A stretch of DNA of 64,000 nucleotides from Alphaproteobacteria bacterium (GCA_963667785.2 CAXXMU010000008.1:23705-87704); one strand, 5' to 3'. Shown: positions 9,206 through 18,494, counted from the stretch's first letter. Numbers and translations are program-made. The notes: generated by a model not told the origin, from the sequence alone.

Positions 9206-10763
9206 GGGGCGCGGCGTCCGCAGCAGTGGCGGGGGTGAGCAGCGAGCGCCCCGTCATCGCCGCCGGCGCCGCCAGACCCATCAGGTCGAGCACCGTCGGC
9301 GCGATGTCCGCGAGCGCGCCGTCGCGGAGCGCAAGCCCAGGTGCGCCCGCCAGCACGGCGGGGACCGGCCCGTGGGTATGCGCGGTGTGGGGAGTCGCGT
9401 CGTCGGCGCCCCGCATCTGCTCGGCGTTGCCGTGATCGGCGGTGATGAGGAGCGCGCCGCCCGCCGTCGCCACCGCGTCCGCCAGCCGGCCGAGGCAGCG
9501 GTCCACCGCCGCGACCGCCTTCATCGCCGCCGCGAGATCGCCCGTGTGCCCCACCATGTCGGTGTTGGCGTAGTTCACGACGATCAGGTCGAAGCGCCTG
9601 CCTTCGACCGCCTCGATCACGCCGTCGGTGACCTCCGCCGCCGCCATCTCGGGCTGCAGGTCGTAGGTCGCGACCCTGGGCGAGGGCACGAGCACGCGCT
9701 CCTCGCCCGGCATCTCCCGCTCCTCGCCGCCATTGAGGAAGAAGGTGACATGGGCGTACTTCTCGGTCTCGGCGATCCGGAGCTGGCTGAGGCCCGCCGC
9801 AGAGACCACTGCGCCGAGGCCGTCGGCCACCGGGGAGGGCGGGAACAGGGTCCCCATCAGGCCGTCCAGCGTCTCCGAGTAGCTGCACATGCCGCATGCC
9901 GCGGCGAAGCGCACCCGGCGCTCGCGGGCGAAGTCGTCGAAGGCCGGGTCGAGCAGCGCCGCGACGATCTGGCGCGCGCGGTCGGCCCGGAAGTTGGCCA
10001 TGACCAGCCCGTCGCCGTCGGCGCCGCCGGCGTAGCCCGCGACCACCGCAGGCTCGACGAACTCGTCGCCGACATCCTCCACGTAGCTCTCGGCGACGGC
10101 TGCCGCCGCGCTCGCCGCCGCCCGGCCCTGCGCCGCCACCACGGCCTCATAGGCCCGCGCGGTCCGCTCCCAGCGCCGGTCCCGGTCCATGGCGTAGTAG
10201 CGGCCGGCGACGGTCGCGATGCTCACGCCGGGGAGCCCGGCGATCGCCGCCTCGAAATGCGGAAGCTCGCCCGCAGCCGAGCGCGGCGGCACGTCGCGGC
10301 CGTCCAGGAAGGCGTGGATTGCCACGGGCACGCCGGCTTCGCTCAGGATGCGCGCGAGCGCCGTGATGTGGTTCTCGTGCGCGTGCACGCCGCCCGGAGA
10401 GACCAGGCCCATCAGGTGGCAGCGGCCGCCGCTCTCCCGCAGCCGTTCGATGAGAGCGAGGAGGGCCGGGTTGCGGGCGAGAGAGCCGTCGGCCACGGCC
10501 CGGTCGATGCGGGGCAGGTCCTGCAGCACGATGCGGCCCGCGCCGATGGTCATGTGGCCCACCTCGGAATTGCCCATCTGGCCCTCGGGCAGGCCCACGG
10601 CGGCGCCGGCGGTAGCCAGCAGGCCCCAGGCACGGTCCGCGGTCAGCCGGTCCCACACCGGCGTCTCAGCCAGCGCGATGGCGTTGTTCTCCGTCTCCGG
10701 CCGATGCCCCCAGCCGTCCAGCACGCAGAGGACGACGGGGCGGTATGCGGTCTTGCCGGCCAT
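9174..10763 (-). CDS. gpmI: 2,3-bisphosphoglycerate-independent phosphoglycerate mutase
   Basis: Internal ATG at 10763 (MAGKTAYRPVVLCVLDGWGHR...). It has the motifs NSEVGHMTIGAGR, YANTDMVGHTG and ITADHGNAE. The 3' end overlaps the convergent amidase gene by 32 nt. Confidence 0.95.
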   Translation of the reverse strand: MAGKTAYRPVVLCVLDGWGHRPETENNAIALAETPVWDRLTADRAWGLLATAGAAVGLPEGQMGNSEVGHMTIGAGRIVLQDLPRIDRAVADGSLARNPALLALIERLRESGGRCHLMGLVSPGGVHAHENHITALARILSEAGVPVAIHAFLDGRDVPPRSAAGELPHFEAAIAGLPGVSIATVAGRYYAMDRDRRWERTARAYEAVVAAQGRAAASAAAAVAESYVEDVGDEFVEPAVVAGYAGGADGDGLVMANFRADRARQIVAALLDPAFDDFARERRVRFAAACGMCSYSETLDGLMGTLFPPSPVADGLGAVVSAAGLSQLRIAETEKYAHVTFFLNGGEEREMPGEERVLVPSPRVATYDLQPEMAAAEVTDGVIEAVEGRRFDLIVVNYANTDMVGHTGDLAAAMKAVAAVDRCLGRLADAVATAGGALLITADHGNAEQMRGADDATPHTAHTHGPVPAVLAGAPGLALRDGALADIAPTVLDLMGLAAPAAMTGRSLLTPATAADAAPLTRPQRSRAR

Positions 10764-10810
10764 GACCGCGCCTTCTACCCCGCCGCCCCCGCGTTGGCCA
10801 CGCCGCGGGC

Positions 10811-11332
10811 TCAGACCGGCGCCGGGCGGTCGCCGCGGCTGATCGTCACCGGCGCGCCGCCGCTGATCGTCCGGTAGACGACGCAGTAGCGCTCGGTGAG
10901 CCTGAAGAGCTTCTCCAGGTCCTCCTGCGCGGCGTCGCTCGCCACGTCGAAGTGCAGGCGAATGGCGCGGAAGCCCACCGGCGCGTCGCGGTCGACGCCG
11001 AGGGTGCCGCGCACGTCGAGATCGCCCTCCGCGCTCACCCGGGCGTCGCGGATCTCGATGGAGAGCGCGGTCGCGACCGCCTTGAGGGTGACGCCGGCGC
11101 AGGCGACCAGCGCCTGGAGCAGCATGTCGCCGGAGCATGCCTGCAGGCCCGAGCCGCCGCCCGAGGGATGCAGCCCCGCCTCGACCAGTGCCTTGCCGGT
11201 ATCGACCGAGCAGGCGATTCCCGATTCGTCCACCGCGCCCGCGGCCCTGAGCACGATGATGGCCGCGTCCGCGTCCTCGCGGTAGCGTTGCTTGAGCGGC
11301 GCCTGCAGCGACCTGAGTTCGTCGGCATCCAT
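10811..11332 (-). CDS. OsmC/Ohr family peroxiredoxin-like protein
   Basis: This is the C-terminal 173 codons of track ORF 10811..12208, starting at the ATG at 11332 (MDADELRSLQ...). It shows OsmC-like paired Cys contexts (LQACSGDM and ERYCVVY). Confidence 0.8.
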   Translation of the reverse strand: MDADELRSLQAPLKQRYREDADAAIIVLRAAGAVDESGIACSVDTGKALVEAGLHPSGGGSGLQACSGDMLLQALVACAGVTLKAVATALSIEIRDARVSAEGDLDVRGTLGVDRDAPVGFRAIRLHFDVASDAAQEDLEKLFRLTERYCVVYRTISGGAPVTISRGDRPAPV

Positions 11333-11367
11333 GTCGTGTGTCCCTTTCTGGTGCCCTCTGGCGCCCC

Positions 11368-12720
11368 CTAGCGCCGGTAGCGCGCGGCGGGGTGCTGCGC
11401 CGGCAGCCGCGCCCGCCCGAACAGCTTCTCGCGCAGGCTGCCCGGCGCGTAGTCCGGCTGCACCAGCCCGCGCCGCTGCAGCTCCGGCACCACGCCGTCC
11501 ACGAAGTCCGCGAAGGTGCCGGGGGTGACCGCGTAGACGATGTTGAAGCCGTCGACTCCCACCTCGTGCCATGCCTGGAAGCGATCCGCGATCTGCTCCG
11601 GCGTGCCGGCGAGGAACTGGCCGGAGGCGCGCGAGCGCACGAGGTCGCGGAAGGTGAGCGAGGTATCGGGCGCCGATTCGATCAGCCCCCTGACCACGCC
11701 CTGCATGGCGTCGGTCTCGAGGCTGGCGAGCGGCGCGTCGAGGTCGATGGCGCCGAGGTCCACGCCGACGCTCCCGCTCATGTGCGCGAGCCCGCCTTCC
11801 ACGCTCGACTGCGCCAGATAGTCCGCCGCCTTGGCCTCGGCCTCCGCCTCGGTGCCGCCCACCACCGGGGTGACGCCCTGGAAGAAGAGGATGTCCTCCG
11901 GCCGCCGCCCTCGCCTGGCGGCGCGGGCGCGGATGTCCCGGACGACGCCGGCAGACGCCTTCAGGCTCCGCATGGAGGCGAACATGAAGACGCACTCCGC
12001 GTGGGTCGCGGCGAACTCCCGCCCGCGCTCGGACGATCCGGCCTGGAAGAGCAGCGGGGTGCGCTGCGGCGAGGGCTCGGAGAGATGCGGCCCCTTCACC
12101 TCGTAGTAACGGCCCGCGTGGTCGATGGGGTGGATCTTCGCCGGGTCGGCGTAGACGCCGCGGGCCGTGTCGCGCAGCACCGCGTCTTCCTCCCAGCTTC
12201 CCTCCCACAGCTTGTAGGCGACCTCCAGATACTCCTCGGCGCGGGCGTAGCGCTCGTCATGAGGCGGCAGCCCGCCGAAGCCGAGGTTCTCGCCCGCGTT
12301 CGGCAGGTAGGAGGTGACGATGTTCCAGGCGATGCGCCCCCGCGTGAGGTGATCCAGCGTCGAGATCTGACGGGCGAAGGTGAAGGGCGGCACCTGGAGC
12401 ACCGAGTTCGTGAAGGCGAAGCCGAGATGCTCGGTCGCCATCGCCATCGCCGGGATCAGCGGCATCGGGTCGTTCGCCGGGATCTGCACCGCTTCCTCGA
12501 TCGCCGTCCCGGGCCCGCCCCGGTAGAGGTCGTAGGCGCCGATCACGTCGGCGAGGAAGAGAGCGTCGAAGCGGCCCCTCTCCAGGAGCTGCGCGAGCTC
12601 GATCCAGGGCTCGATCCGGTTGTACTCGCGCTGGCGCGTGTCGCCCCGCACCCACAGGCCATGCTGGATGTGGGAGACGCAGTTCATCGAGAACGCGTTG
12701 AGGTGGATGCGCTTGCTCAT
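11368..12720 (-). CDS. LLM-class flavin-dependent monooxygenase (NtaA/SnaA/DszA family)
   Basis: Internal ATG at 12720. The N-terminus MSKRIHLNAFSMNCVSHIQHGLW and the overall length (450 aa) are typical of this FMNH2-dependent family. Confidence 0.9.
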   Translation of the reverse strand: MSKRIHLNAFSMNCVSHIQHGLWVRGDTRQREYNRIEPWIELAQLLERGRFDALFLADVIGAYDLYRGGPGTAIEEAVQIPANDPMPLIPAMAMATEHLGFAFTNSVLQVPPFTFARQISTLDHLTRGRIAWNIVTSYLPNAGENLGFGGLPPHDERYARAEEYLEVAYKLWEGSWEEDAVLRDTARGVYADPAKIHPIDHAGRYYEVKGPHLSEPSPQRTPLLFQAGSSERGREFAATHAECVFMFASMRSLKASAGVVRDIRARAARRGRRPEDILFFQGVTPVVGGTEAEAEAKAADYLAQSSVEGGLAHMSGSVGVDLGAIDLDAPLASLETDAMQGVVRGLIESAPDTSLTFRDLVRSRASGQFLAGTPEQIADRFQAWHEVGVDGFNIVYAVTPGTFADFVDGVVPELQRRGLVQPDYAPGSLREKLFGRARLPAQHPAARYRR

Positions 12721-12864
12721 GCGCCGTCGTCTCCGGGGCCGCGGCCCTGCGCCAGCATGGCACGCCCGTGCCGTGCGCGAAACGTGCGCGCCCATGCCCC
12801 CGGCGGGCGCGCCTTGCTGTATGGTCGTGCTCCCCGAACGGAGTCATGCAGAGCGAGGGAAGCG

Positions 12865-13656
12865 ATGGCGGAGGATCGTGCCGCGGACCGCGAGGTCGGC
12901 GTCGACGGCAAGGTGGTGCTGGTCACCGGCGCGTCGCGGGGCATCGGCGCCTGCTGCGTCCGCTCCCTGCTCGCCGGCGGCGCCAGCGTCGTCCTCCACT
13001 ACAACGAGCGCAGGGAGGCGGCGCAAGCGGTGGCCGAAGCGGCGCCCGAGCACTGCCACCTGGTGGGGGCCGACCTCGCGGAGGAGGAGGCGCCGCGCGC
13101 GCTCTGGCAGCGGGCGCTCGCCTGGCAGGGCCGCATCGACGTGCTGGTCAACAACGCCGCCGTCTACGAGGCCGAGCCCGAGAGCGCCGGCGAGGCCGAT
13201 GACGCCGCCTGGCGCGCCGTCTGGCAGCGCACGCTGCAGATCAACCTGATCGCGCCGGCGGCGCTCGCCCGGCTTGCGGTGGACCACTTCCGCACACGCG
13301 GCGGCGGCATCCTCATCCACCTCTCGAGCCGGGCCGCCCATCGCGGGGAGAAGCCGCTGCTCGGCTCCTATGCCGCGAGCAAGGCCGGCCTCAACGCGCT
13401 CAGCCACACCATCGCCCGCAACGACGGCGCTGCCGGCGTGCTCTCCTATGCGGTGGCGCCGGGCTGGGTCGGCACCGACATGTCCTGGGACTACATCAAC
13501 GAGACCGGCGATCGCGGCCCGCTCGGCGAGAACGCGCTGGGCACGCTGATTCCGCCCGAGGAGGTGGCGAACATCGTGGCCTTCCTCGCCTCCGGCGCGG
13601 CACGCCACGCCACGGGCACCGTCATCGACATCAACGGCGCCACCTTCCCACGCTAG
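12865..13656 (+). CDS. SDR family oxidoreductase
   Basis: This is the C-terminal 263 codons of track ORF 11338..13656. The ATG at 12865 is preceded by GAGGGA. It has TGASRGIG, NNAA and YAASKAG motifs. Confidence 0.85.
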   Translation: MAEDRAADREVGVDGKVVLVTGASRGIGACCVRSLLAGGASVVLHYNERREAAQAVAEAAPEHCHLVGADLAEEEAPRALWQRALAWQGRIDVLVNNAAVYEAEPESAGEADDAAWRAVWQRTLQINLIAPAALARLAVDHFRTRGGGILIHLSSRAAHRGEKPLLGSYAASKAGLNALSHTIARNDGAAGVLSYAVAPGWVGTDMSWDYINETGDRGPLGENALGTLIPPEEVANIVAFLASGAARHATGTVIDINGATFPR

Positions 13657-13723
13657 TGTCCGGAGAGAGAAGTTCGCTCGATTGCGGGTTGGTTGCGCTG
13701 CCTCCCCCCCGTTAGCAATCCTC

Positions 13724-13816
13724 GTCATGCCCGGACTTGTTCCGGGCATCTCGCTCAGCCGGACCAGTCGAACGCCACGCGAACACGTGGATGGCCGGGA
13801 CAAGCCCGGCCATGAC
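13724..13816. repeat. REP-like double-hairpin palindromic element (copy 1)
   Basis: GTCATG...CATGAC outer arms. Hairpin 1 is ATGCCCGGA-cttgt-TCCGGGCAT (13727-13749). Hairpin 2 is ATGGCCGGG-acaag-CCCGGCCAT (13791-13813). A near-identical element lies at 53778-53866. Confidence 0.85.
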
Positions 13817-14088
13817 GTGGGGGGGTATGCGCACACGAACGTCGCGATCAGGACACTAGGCCGCGACTGCGGCCAGCGCGGACTCTTCTTTCGCGCTCGT
13901 GACCTTTTTGTGCCGCGCTCGTGACCTTGCAGGCACGAGCGACTCAGGCGCGCGCTCCCAGCCTGTCACCCGGACCATGGTGCGGTGCACGGCGTGGGGC
14001 GTCTCCGCCAAGATCGCGCCATGCGACGGAAGAACCAGCGGCGGCAGGCGGAAAGGGCGGGAACAACGCCCGGCGCCACCTCGCGGTC

Positions 14089-14296
14089 ACGGGATTCATC
14101 CCGGAAACCCGCCCGGATATCCCAGCGGAATCCCACCTTCTTCGGAAAATGTCCCGCGCGGAATCCCTTGCCATCCCGGCGAATCCCGCGTGCCCCCCCT
14201 TTTTGGTGAATCCCACTTTCAGTCGCCATGGCGGGGCGCGACGCCCGGCCCCCGTCGCGTCCCCGGAACACGTCCGCGCATGGTCCGGGCATGACG
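14089..14296 (-). repeat. Composite repeat module (GAATCCC cluster + C7/G7 tract + degenerate REP half), inverted copy of 53877-53995
   Basis: GAATCCC occurs at 14128, 14161, 14181 and 14208, plus GGGATTC at 14091, and a C7 tract lies at 14193-14199. By hand alignment, the reverse complement of 14153-14230 matches 53908-53970 at roughly 80%. Region 14262-14296 matches a REP half (ATGCCCGGAC on the minus strand). Confidence 0.7.
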
Positions 14297-14420
14297 AAGG
14301 GAGGGCGGGTATGACGGCCAGGGGTGCCGTTCGAGCCGTGGTGACCTCGTATGGTCGGATCGTGCTCCAGGGCGGCTGCGGGCCGGTGACAAGTCGCGCG
14401 CGCTGCGGGATCGCTCGTTG

Positions 14421-14449
14421 TTGGACGATCGTGTTTTCGATGCTAGCGT
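14421..14449 (+). promoter_or_regulatory. Candidate sigma70-type promoter for the lipoprotein pair
   Basis: TTGGAC (14421-14426), a 17-nt spacer and TAGCGT (14444-14449), about 50 nt upstream of the ATG at 14499. The match to consensus is weak. Confidence 0.25.
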
Positions 14450-14498
14450 GCCGACAAATGCCGACCGATTCCTTGTAGACCTCCAGAGGAAAAGCGTC

Positions 14499-14909
14499 AT
14501 GGGTCCTGGTGCAGGAATAAGAAGTGCTGTCGTCTTGACGCTTCTTCTATTTGTTTTTGCATGCGCGCCCGCCTATCAGCCCCTGACGGAGAGAAACTCG
14601 ACATTGACCCAGGGGAACGTTCAGCTGAATCTTCAGGTGGGCAAGACGACCAAGGCCCACGTGCTCGAGACATTCGGCTCGCCCAACATCACCACCAGAG
14701 ACGGAAGCGGTCGCGAGGTCTGGACGTATCAGAGAAGCGCCCAAGTAACCCAGTCGTCATCGGAGTCCGGTTACTGGTCCATATTGATCGTGGGTCAATC
14801 CTTCGACAGTTCCGGGCTCGAGACGTCCACTAGAATGATCACGCTTATCATAAAATTCGATAGCGACGACGTGGTCGTGGACTTCAGAAGCCAGACGTCG
14901 GATTTCTAG
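14499..14909 (+). CDS. Small lipoprotein, BamE/SmpA-OmlA-like fold suspected
   Basis: The ATG at 14499 follows AGAGGA. The signal peptide has a lipobox (LLLFVFAC). The mature part has the GKTTKAHVLETFGSPN...EVWTY pattern seen in SmpA/OmlA-type lipoproteins. GC is about 52% in the first 100 nt by hand count. Confidence 0.7.
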   Translation: MGPGAGIRSAVVLTLLLFVFACAPAYQPLTERNSTLTQGNVQLNLQVGKTTKAHVLETFGSPNITTRDGSGREVWTYQRSAQVTQSSSESGYWSILIVGQSFDSSGLETSTRMITLIIKFDSDDVVVDFRSQTSDF

Positions 14910-14922
14910 AGAGACCGTAGCA

Positions 14923-15399
14923 ATGAGATATCGCCTTCTGCTCCCGTTCCTTCTGGCGGCGGCCGTGTCGGCGTGCGCCCCGGCGATGCCGCCCCCGATC
15001 CAGACTCCCCTGGCCATTCAGAGCATCCAGAGCAGGCAGTACGAGGCCAGCAGGGAAGTCGTGTTTCCCAGCGTGATCTCGATGTTTCAGGACCTGGGGT
15101 ACATCATTACGAACGCCGACATGGCGACGGGGCTGATCTCGGCGGAAAGTGCCGCACAGAGCAGCGACGACTTCGAGAGTTTCCTGATGGGGCAGACGAA
15201 AGTCTCCCAGACCAAGGCCACGGGATTCGTGGAAACGATCGGCACCATGACGCGGCTGAGGCTGAATTTCGTCGAAATAAACCAGACCTCGACCGACTAT
15301 GGACAAACCGACCGCCACGACACGCCGATTATGAACCCGGGGCTCTATCAGAACGCATTCAGCCGGGTCGAGAACGGGATTTTCCTGCGCTCGGAGTGA
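14923..15399 (+). CDS. Small lipoprotein of unknown function
   Basis: Track ORF of 158 aa with a signal peptide and lipobox (LLAAAVSAC). It starts 13 nt after the previous lipoprotein gene. Its GC content is lower than the flanking regions. Confidence 0.7.
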   Translation: MRYRLLLPFLLAAAVSACAPAMPPPIQTPLAIQSIQSRQYEASREVVFPSVISMFQDLGYIITNADMATGLISAESAAQSSDDFESFLMGQTKVSQTKATGFVETIGTMTRLRLNFVEINQTSTDYGQTDRHDTPIMNPGLYQNAFSRVENGIFLRSE

Positions 15400-15527
15400 G
15401 GCGAGCGCCGCCGACCGATACGCGTATCAGGCCGGCCTAAACGCCGCCTCTCCATCCTGCCCCCGGCGCGCGGGCGCCCGGAGAAGGGAACGGGCGCCGC
15501 GTGCCTCAGCCGGATGAGGGCAGAGAG

Positions 15528-15554
15528 GCGGCCCCGCGGGCTCCGCGGGGCCGC
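15528..15554. terminator. Bidirectional GC-rich hairpin between convergent genes
   Basis: A perfect 12-bp stem, GCGGCCCCGCGG (15528-15539) with CCGCGGGGCCGC (15543-15554), closes a 3-nt loop. It lies between the lipoprotein gene end and the dctP end. There is no obvious U-tract. Confidence 0.5.
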
Positions 15555-15568
15555 ACGCCGTGCACGGA

Positions 15569-16612
15569 TCAGCCGTAGCGGTAGGGCCGGCCCGCCTTCT
15601 CCATGTCCGCGTTGTACTGCTTGAAGATCTCGACCACCTTGGCCTTGGTCTCGGATTCGGCCGCGATCTCGTCCCAGAAGACGCGCGCGGCGGCCTCCAC
15701 CTGGGCCCATTCCTCGTCGGGGATCGAGGTCAGCTCCATCTTGGTGCCGTGGACGCGCAGGCTCGCCTCGCCGCCCCAGTACCACCACTGGCGATAGTAG
15801 TGGGACTGATCGCCGATGACCCGCAGAAGGGTCTGGAGATCCTCGGGAAGCTCGTTCCAGCGCTCCATGTTGGCGTAGAACGAGCCGATCCAGGCGCCGG
15901 AGATGTTGTTGGTGAGGAAGTAGTTGGTCACGTCGGCCCAGCCCACCGTGTAATCCTCGGTGATGCCCGACCAGGAGACGCCGTCGAGCTCGCCGGTCTG
16001 CACCGCGACCTCGATGTCCTCCCAGGGCAGCGTGACCGGAACCACGCCGAACTGGGTCAGGAAGCGGCCCGCGGTTGGGAAGGTGAAGACGCGCTTCCCC
16101 TCCAGGTCGGCGAGCGAGCGGATCGGGTCCTTGGTCGCGAAGTGGCAGGGATCCCAGGCGCCCGCCGAGATGTGCTTGATGCCGACCTTCTCGTACTCCG
16201 CCGCCCAGATTTCGTTCAGGCCGTACTGGTTGAAGAGCACCGGCACGTCGAGCGAATAGCGCGAGGCGAACGGGAAGTAGCCGCCGAACACGGTGACCTC
16301 GGTGGGCGAGGCCATCGAATCGTCGTCGGACTGCACCGCATCGATGGTGCCGCGCTGCATGGCGCGGAAGAGCTCGCCCGTCGGCACGATCTGGTCGGAA
16401 TAGAAGAGCTCGATCTGCATGCGCTCGCCCGCGATCTTGTTGAACATGTCGATCGCGGGCTTGATCACGTGCTCGGCCAGCGCGGGCCCGGCATAGGTCT
16501 GCATCCGCCAGGTGATCTGCGCCTGCGCCACCGCGGGCGTCGTCAGGGCAGCACCGGCAGCGACGGCCGGTACGGCGGCCGCCGCCTTGAGGAGATTGCG
16601 CCGTGTGGTCAT
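15569..16612 (-). CDS. TRAP transporter substrate-binding protein (DctP family) with Tat-type signal
   Basis: This is the C-terminal 347 codons of track ORF 15569..17812. The ATG at 16612 is preceded by AAGGAG. The N-terminus is MTTRRNLLKAAAAVPAVAAGA. It is the last gene of a Q-M-P operon. Confidence 0.85.
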   Translation of the reverse strand: MTTRRNLLKAAAAVPAVAAGAALTTPAVAQAQITWRMQTYAGPALAEHVIKPAIDMFNKIAGERMQIELFYSDQIVPTGELFRAMQRGTIDAVQSDDDSMASPTEVTVFGGYFPFASRYSLDVPVLFNQYGLNEIWAAEYEKVGIKHISAGAWDPCHFATKDPIRSLADLEGKRVFTFPTAGRFLTQFGVVPVTLPWEDIEVAVQTGELDGVSWSGITEDYTVGWADVTNYFLTNNISGAWIGSFYANMERWNELPEDLQTLLRVIGDQSHYYRQWWYWGGEASLRVHGTKMELTSIPDEEWAQVEAAARVFWDEIAAESETKAKVVEIFKQYNADMEKAGRPYRYG

Positions 16613-16659
16613 TGAGTCGTCTCCTTTCGGGTTGAGGCGAGAGAAAGCCCCGTTGCGTC

Positions 16660-17985
16660 TCAGTTGCCGTAGACATAGCCCGGAAACCACAGGGCGATTT
16701 CCGGGAACACCATGATGATGACGAGTGCCACAATCATCACGCCGACGAAGGGAATGATGGAGCGATAAATGTCGCGCAAGGTTATTTCTGGAGGCGCCAT
16801 GGCGCGCATGAGGAAGAGGTTGTAGCCGAAGGGCGGCGTCATGTAGGCGATTTGCGTGGTGATGGTGTAGAGGACGCCGTACCAGATCAGGTTGAATCCC
16901 AACGCGTCGACGAGAGGGACATAGAGGGGGGCGACGATCACCAGCATCGCCGTGTCGTCGAGAAACGTTCCCATCACCAGGAACGAGAGCTGCATCAGCA
17001 CGAGTACCATCCAGGGCGAGAGCCCCATCTGCTCGGTGAACACGTCCTCGATCGCGTGCGCGGCCCCCAGCCCGTCGAACACCGAGCCGAAGGCGAGCGC
17101 CGCCAGGATGATCCACATGAACATGCAGGTGATGCGGAGCGTGTTGCGTACCGAGTTCTCGAACACCTGCCTGGTCATGCGCCGGCGCACGATGGCGGCG
17201 AGGAAGGCGGCGAGCGCGCCGATGGCGGACGATTCGACCAGCGAGGTCGAGCCGCTGACGAAGGGCACGATCATCACCGCGTAGATGAAGAGCGGCAGCA
17301 GGCCGGCGCGGAGCAGCCGCATCTTTTCCGGCCAGGGCACGTCGCGCTCGGCCTTGGGCAGAACAGGGCCGAGACTGGGCGTGATCCAGCAGCGCAGCCA
17401 GATGTAGAGGACGAAGAGCCCGGCCATCATGAGCCCGGGGAAGATCCCCGCGAGCCAGAGCTGGCCCACGGGCTGGCGCGCGATCATGGCGTAGAGCACG
17501 AGCACCACCGAGGGCGGCACGAGGATGCCGAGCGAGCTTCCCGCCTGAATGACGCCGGTCACCATGCGCTTGTCGTAGTTGCGCTTGAGCAGCTCGGGCA
17601 GCGCGATGGTCGCGCCGATGGCCATGCCGGCGACGCTCAGCCCGTTCATCGCCGAGACCAGCACCATGAGCCCGATCGTGCCCACGGCAAGCCCGCCGGC
17701 CATGCCGCCCGTCCACACGTGGAACATGCGGTAGAGGTCGTCGGCGATCCTCGATTCCGAGAGCACGTAGCCCATGAAGATGAACATCGGCAGCGTGAGC
17801 AGCGGGTACCATTTCATGAGCTTCATGGCGGCGGCGAAGCCCAGGTCGTAACCGCCCCGGTCGCCCCAGAGGAGCAGCGCGGAAAGGACCGCGACGAAGC
17901 CGATCGCGGCGAAGACGCGCTGGCCCGTGGCCAGCATGAGCATCATCAGCGCGAACATCAGGACGGTGATCATCTCGTAGGACAT
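16660..17985 (-). CDS. TRAP transporter large permease (DctM family)
   Basis: The internal ATG at 17985 (MSYEMITVLMFALMML...) overlaps the dctQ stop as TGATG. The protein is 441 aa and polytopic. Confidence 0.9.
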   Translation of the reverse strand: MSYEMITVLMFALMMLMLATGQRVFAAIGFVAVLSALLLWGDRGGYDLGFAAAMKLMKWYPLLTLPMFIFMGYVLSESRIADDLYRMFHVWTGGMAGGLAVGTIGLMVLVSAMNGLSVAGMAIGATIALPELLKRNYDKRMVTGVIQAGSSLGILVPPSVVLVLYAMIARQPVGQLWLAGIFPGLMMAGLFVLYIWLRCWITPSLGPVLPKAERDVPWPEKMRLLRAGLLPLFIYAVMIVPFVSGSTSLVESSAIGALAAFLAAIVRRRMTRQVFENSVRNTLRITCMFMWIILAALAFGSVFDGLGAAHAIEDVFTEQMGLSPWMVLVLMQLSFLVMGTFLDDTAMLVIVAPLYVPLVDALGFNLIWYGVLYTITTQIAYMTPPFGYNLFLMRAMAPPEITLRDIYRSIIPFVGVMIVALVIIMVFPEIALWFPGYVYGN

Positions 17986-18494
17986 CACACCGCCTCGCCG
18001 CGAAGCCGCAGCACGTCCTTGAAGAACTCGGAGACCGCCTGGAAGATCATCAGGACGATGCCCGTGACCATGACCACCTTGACCGGCCAGAGATAGGGCC
18101 GCCAGGCGCTCGGGCTGCGCTCGCCGCCGTACTGGAAGCTGTAGATCGTGGAGTCGATTCCGCCCCAGAGAAGAACGGTGAGGTAGAAGAGCAGGAAGAA
18201 CACCGTGAAGACGTCGAACCACGCCTTCCGGCGTGCGGACCAGGAGCCGTAGAACAGGTCCATCCGCACGTTCGCATCGGTTTGAACGGCGTAGGGGCCG
18301 CCCAGGATGTAATAGCCCACCATCGCGAACTGGGCCATTTCCAGGGTCCAGAGCGAAGGATTGAAGAACGTCTTCGAGAGCGACGACCAGAGCAGGATCG
18401 CCATGATCGCGAACATGCCGTACATGATGGTGCGCCCGACACGGCGATTGACCGTGTCGACGACCAGGATGTAGGCGCGCATGGTGCCGGTCAC
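17985..18494 (-). CDS. TRAP transporter small permease (DctQ family)
   Basis: Track ORF of 169 aa with four predicted hydrophobic spans. The start is the GTG at 18494 or the ATG at 18482. Confidence 0.85.
   Translation of the reverse strand: MTGTMRAYILVVDTVNRRVGRTIMYGMFAIMAILLWSSLSKTFFNPSLWTLEMAQFAMVGYYILGGPYAVQTDANVRMDLFYGSWSARRKAWFDVFTVFFLLFYLTVLLWGGIDSTIYSFQYGGERSPSAWRPYLWPVKVVMVTGIVLMIFQAVSEFFKDVLRLRGEAV

Noticed and set aside
14205-14216. GGTGAATCCCAC and similar strings that resemble a tRNA T-arm (GGTTCGAATCC).
   Set aside because: No acceptor stem, D-arm or anticodon arm can be drawn around any copy. The strings are part of the heptamer repeat.
13682-14500. Several overlapping ORFs of 74-185 aa in the repeat-dense region, and the analogous ORFs at 53628..54374. 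Some translate the REP element as ...VMPGLVPGI...DGRDKPGHD...
   Set aside because: They are mutually overlapping on both strands, have no RBS and have an Arg/Pro/Gly-biased composition. Their only conserved parts are translations of the palindromic repeat itself. They are best explained as non-coding repeats.
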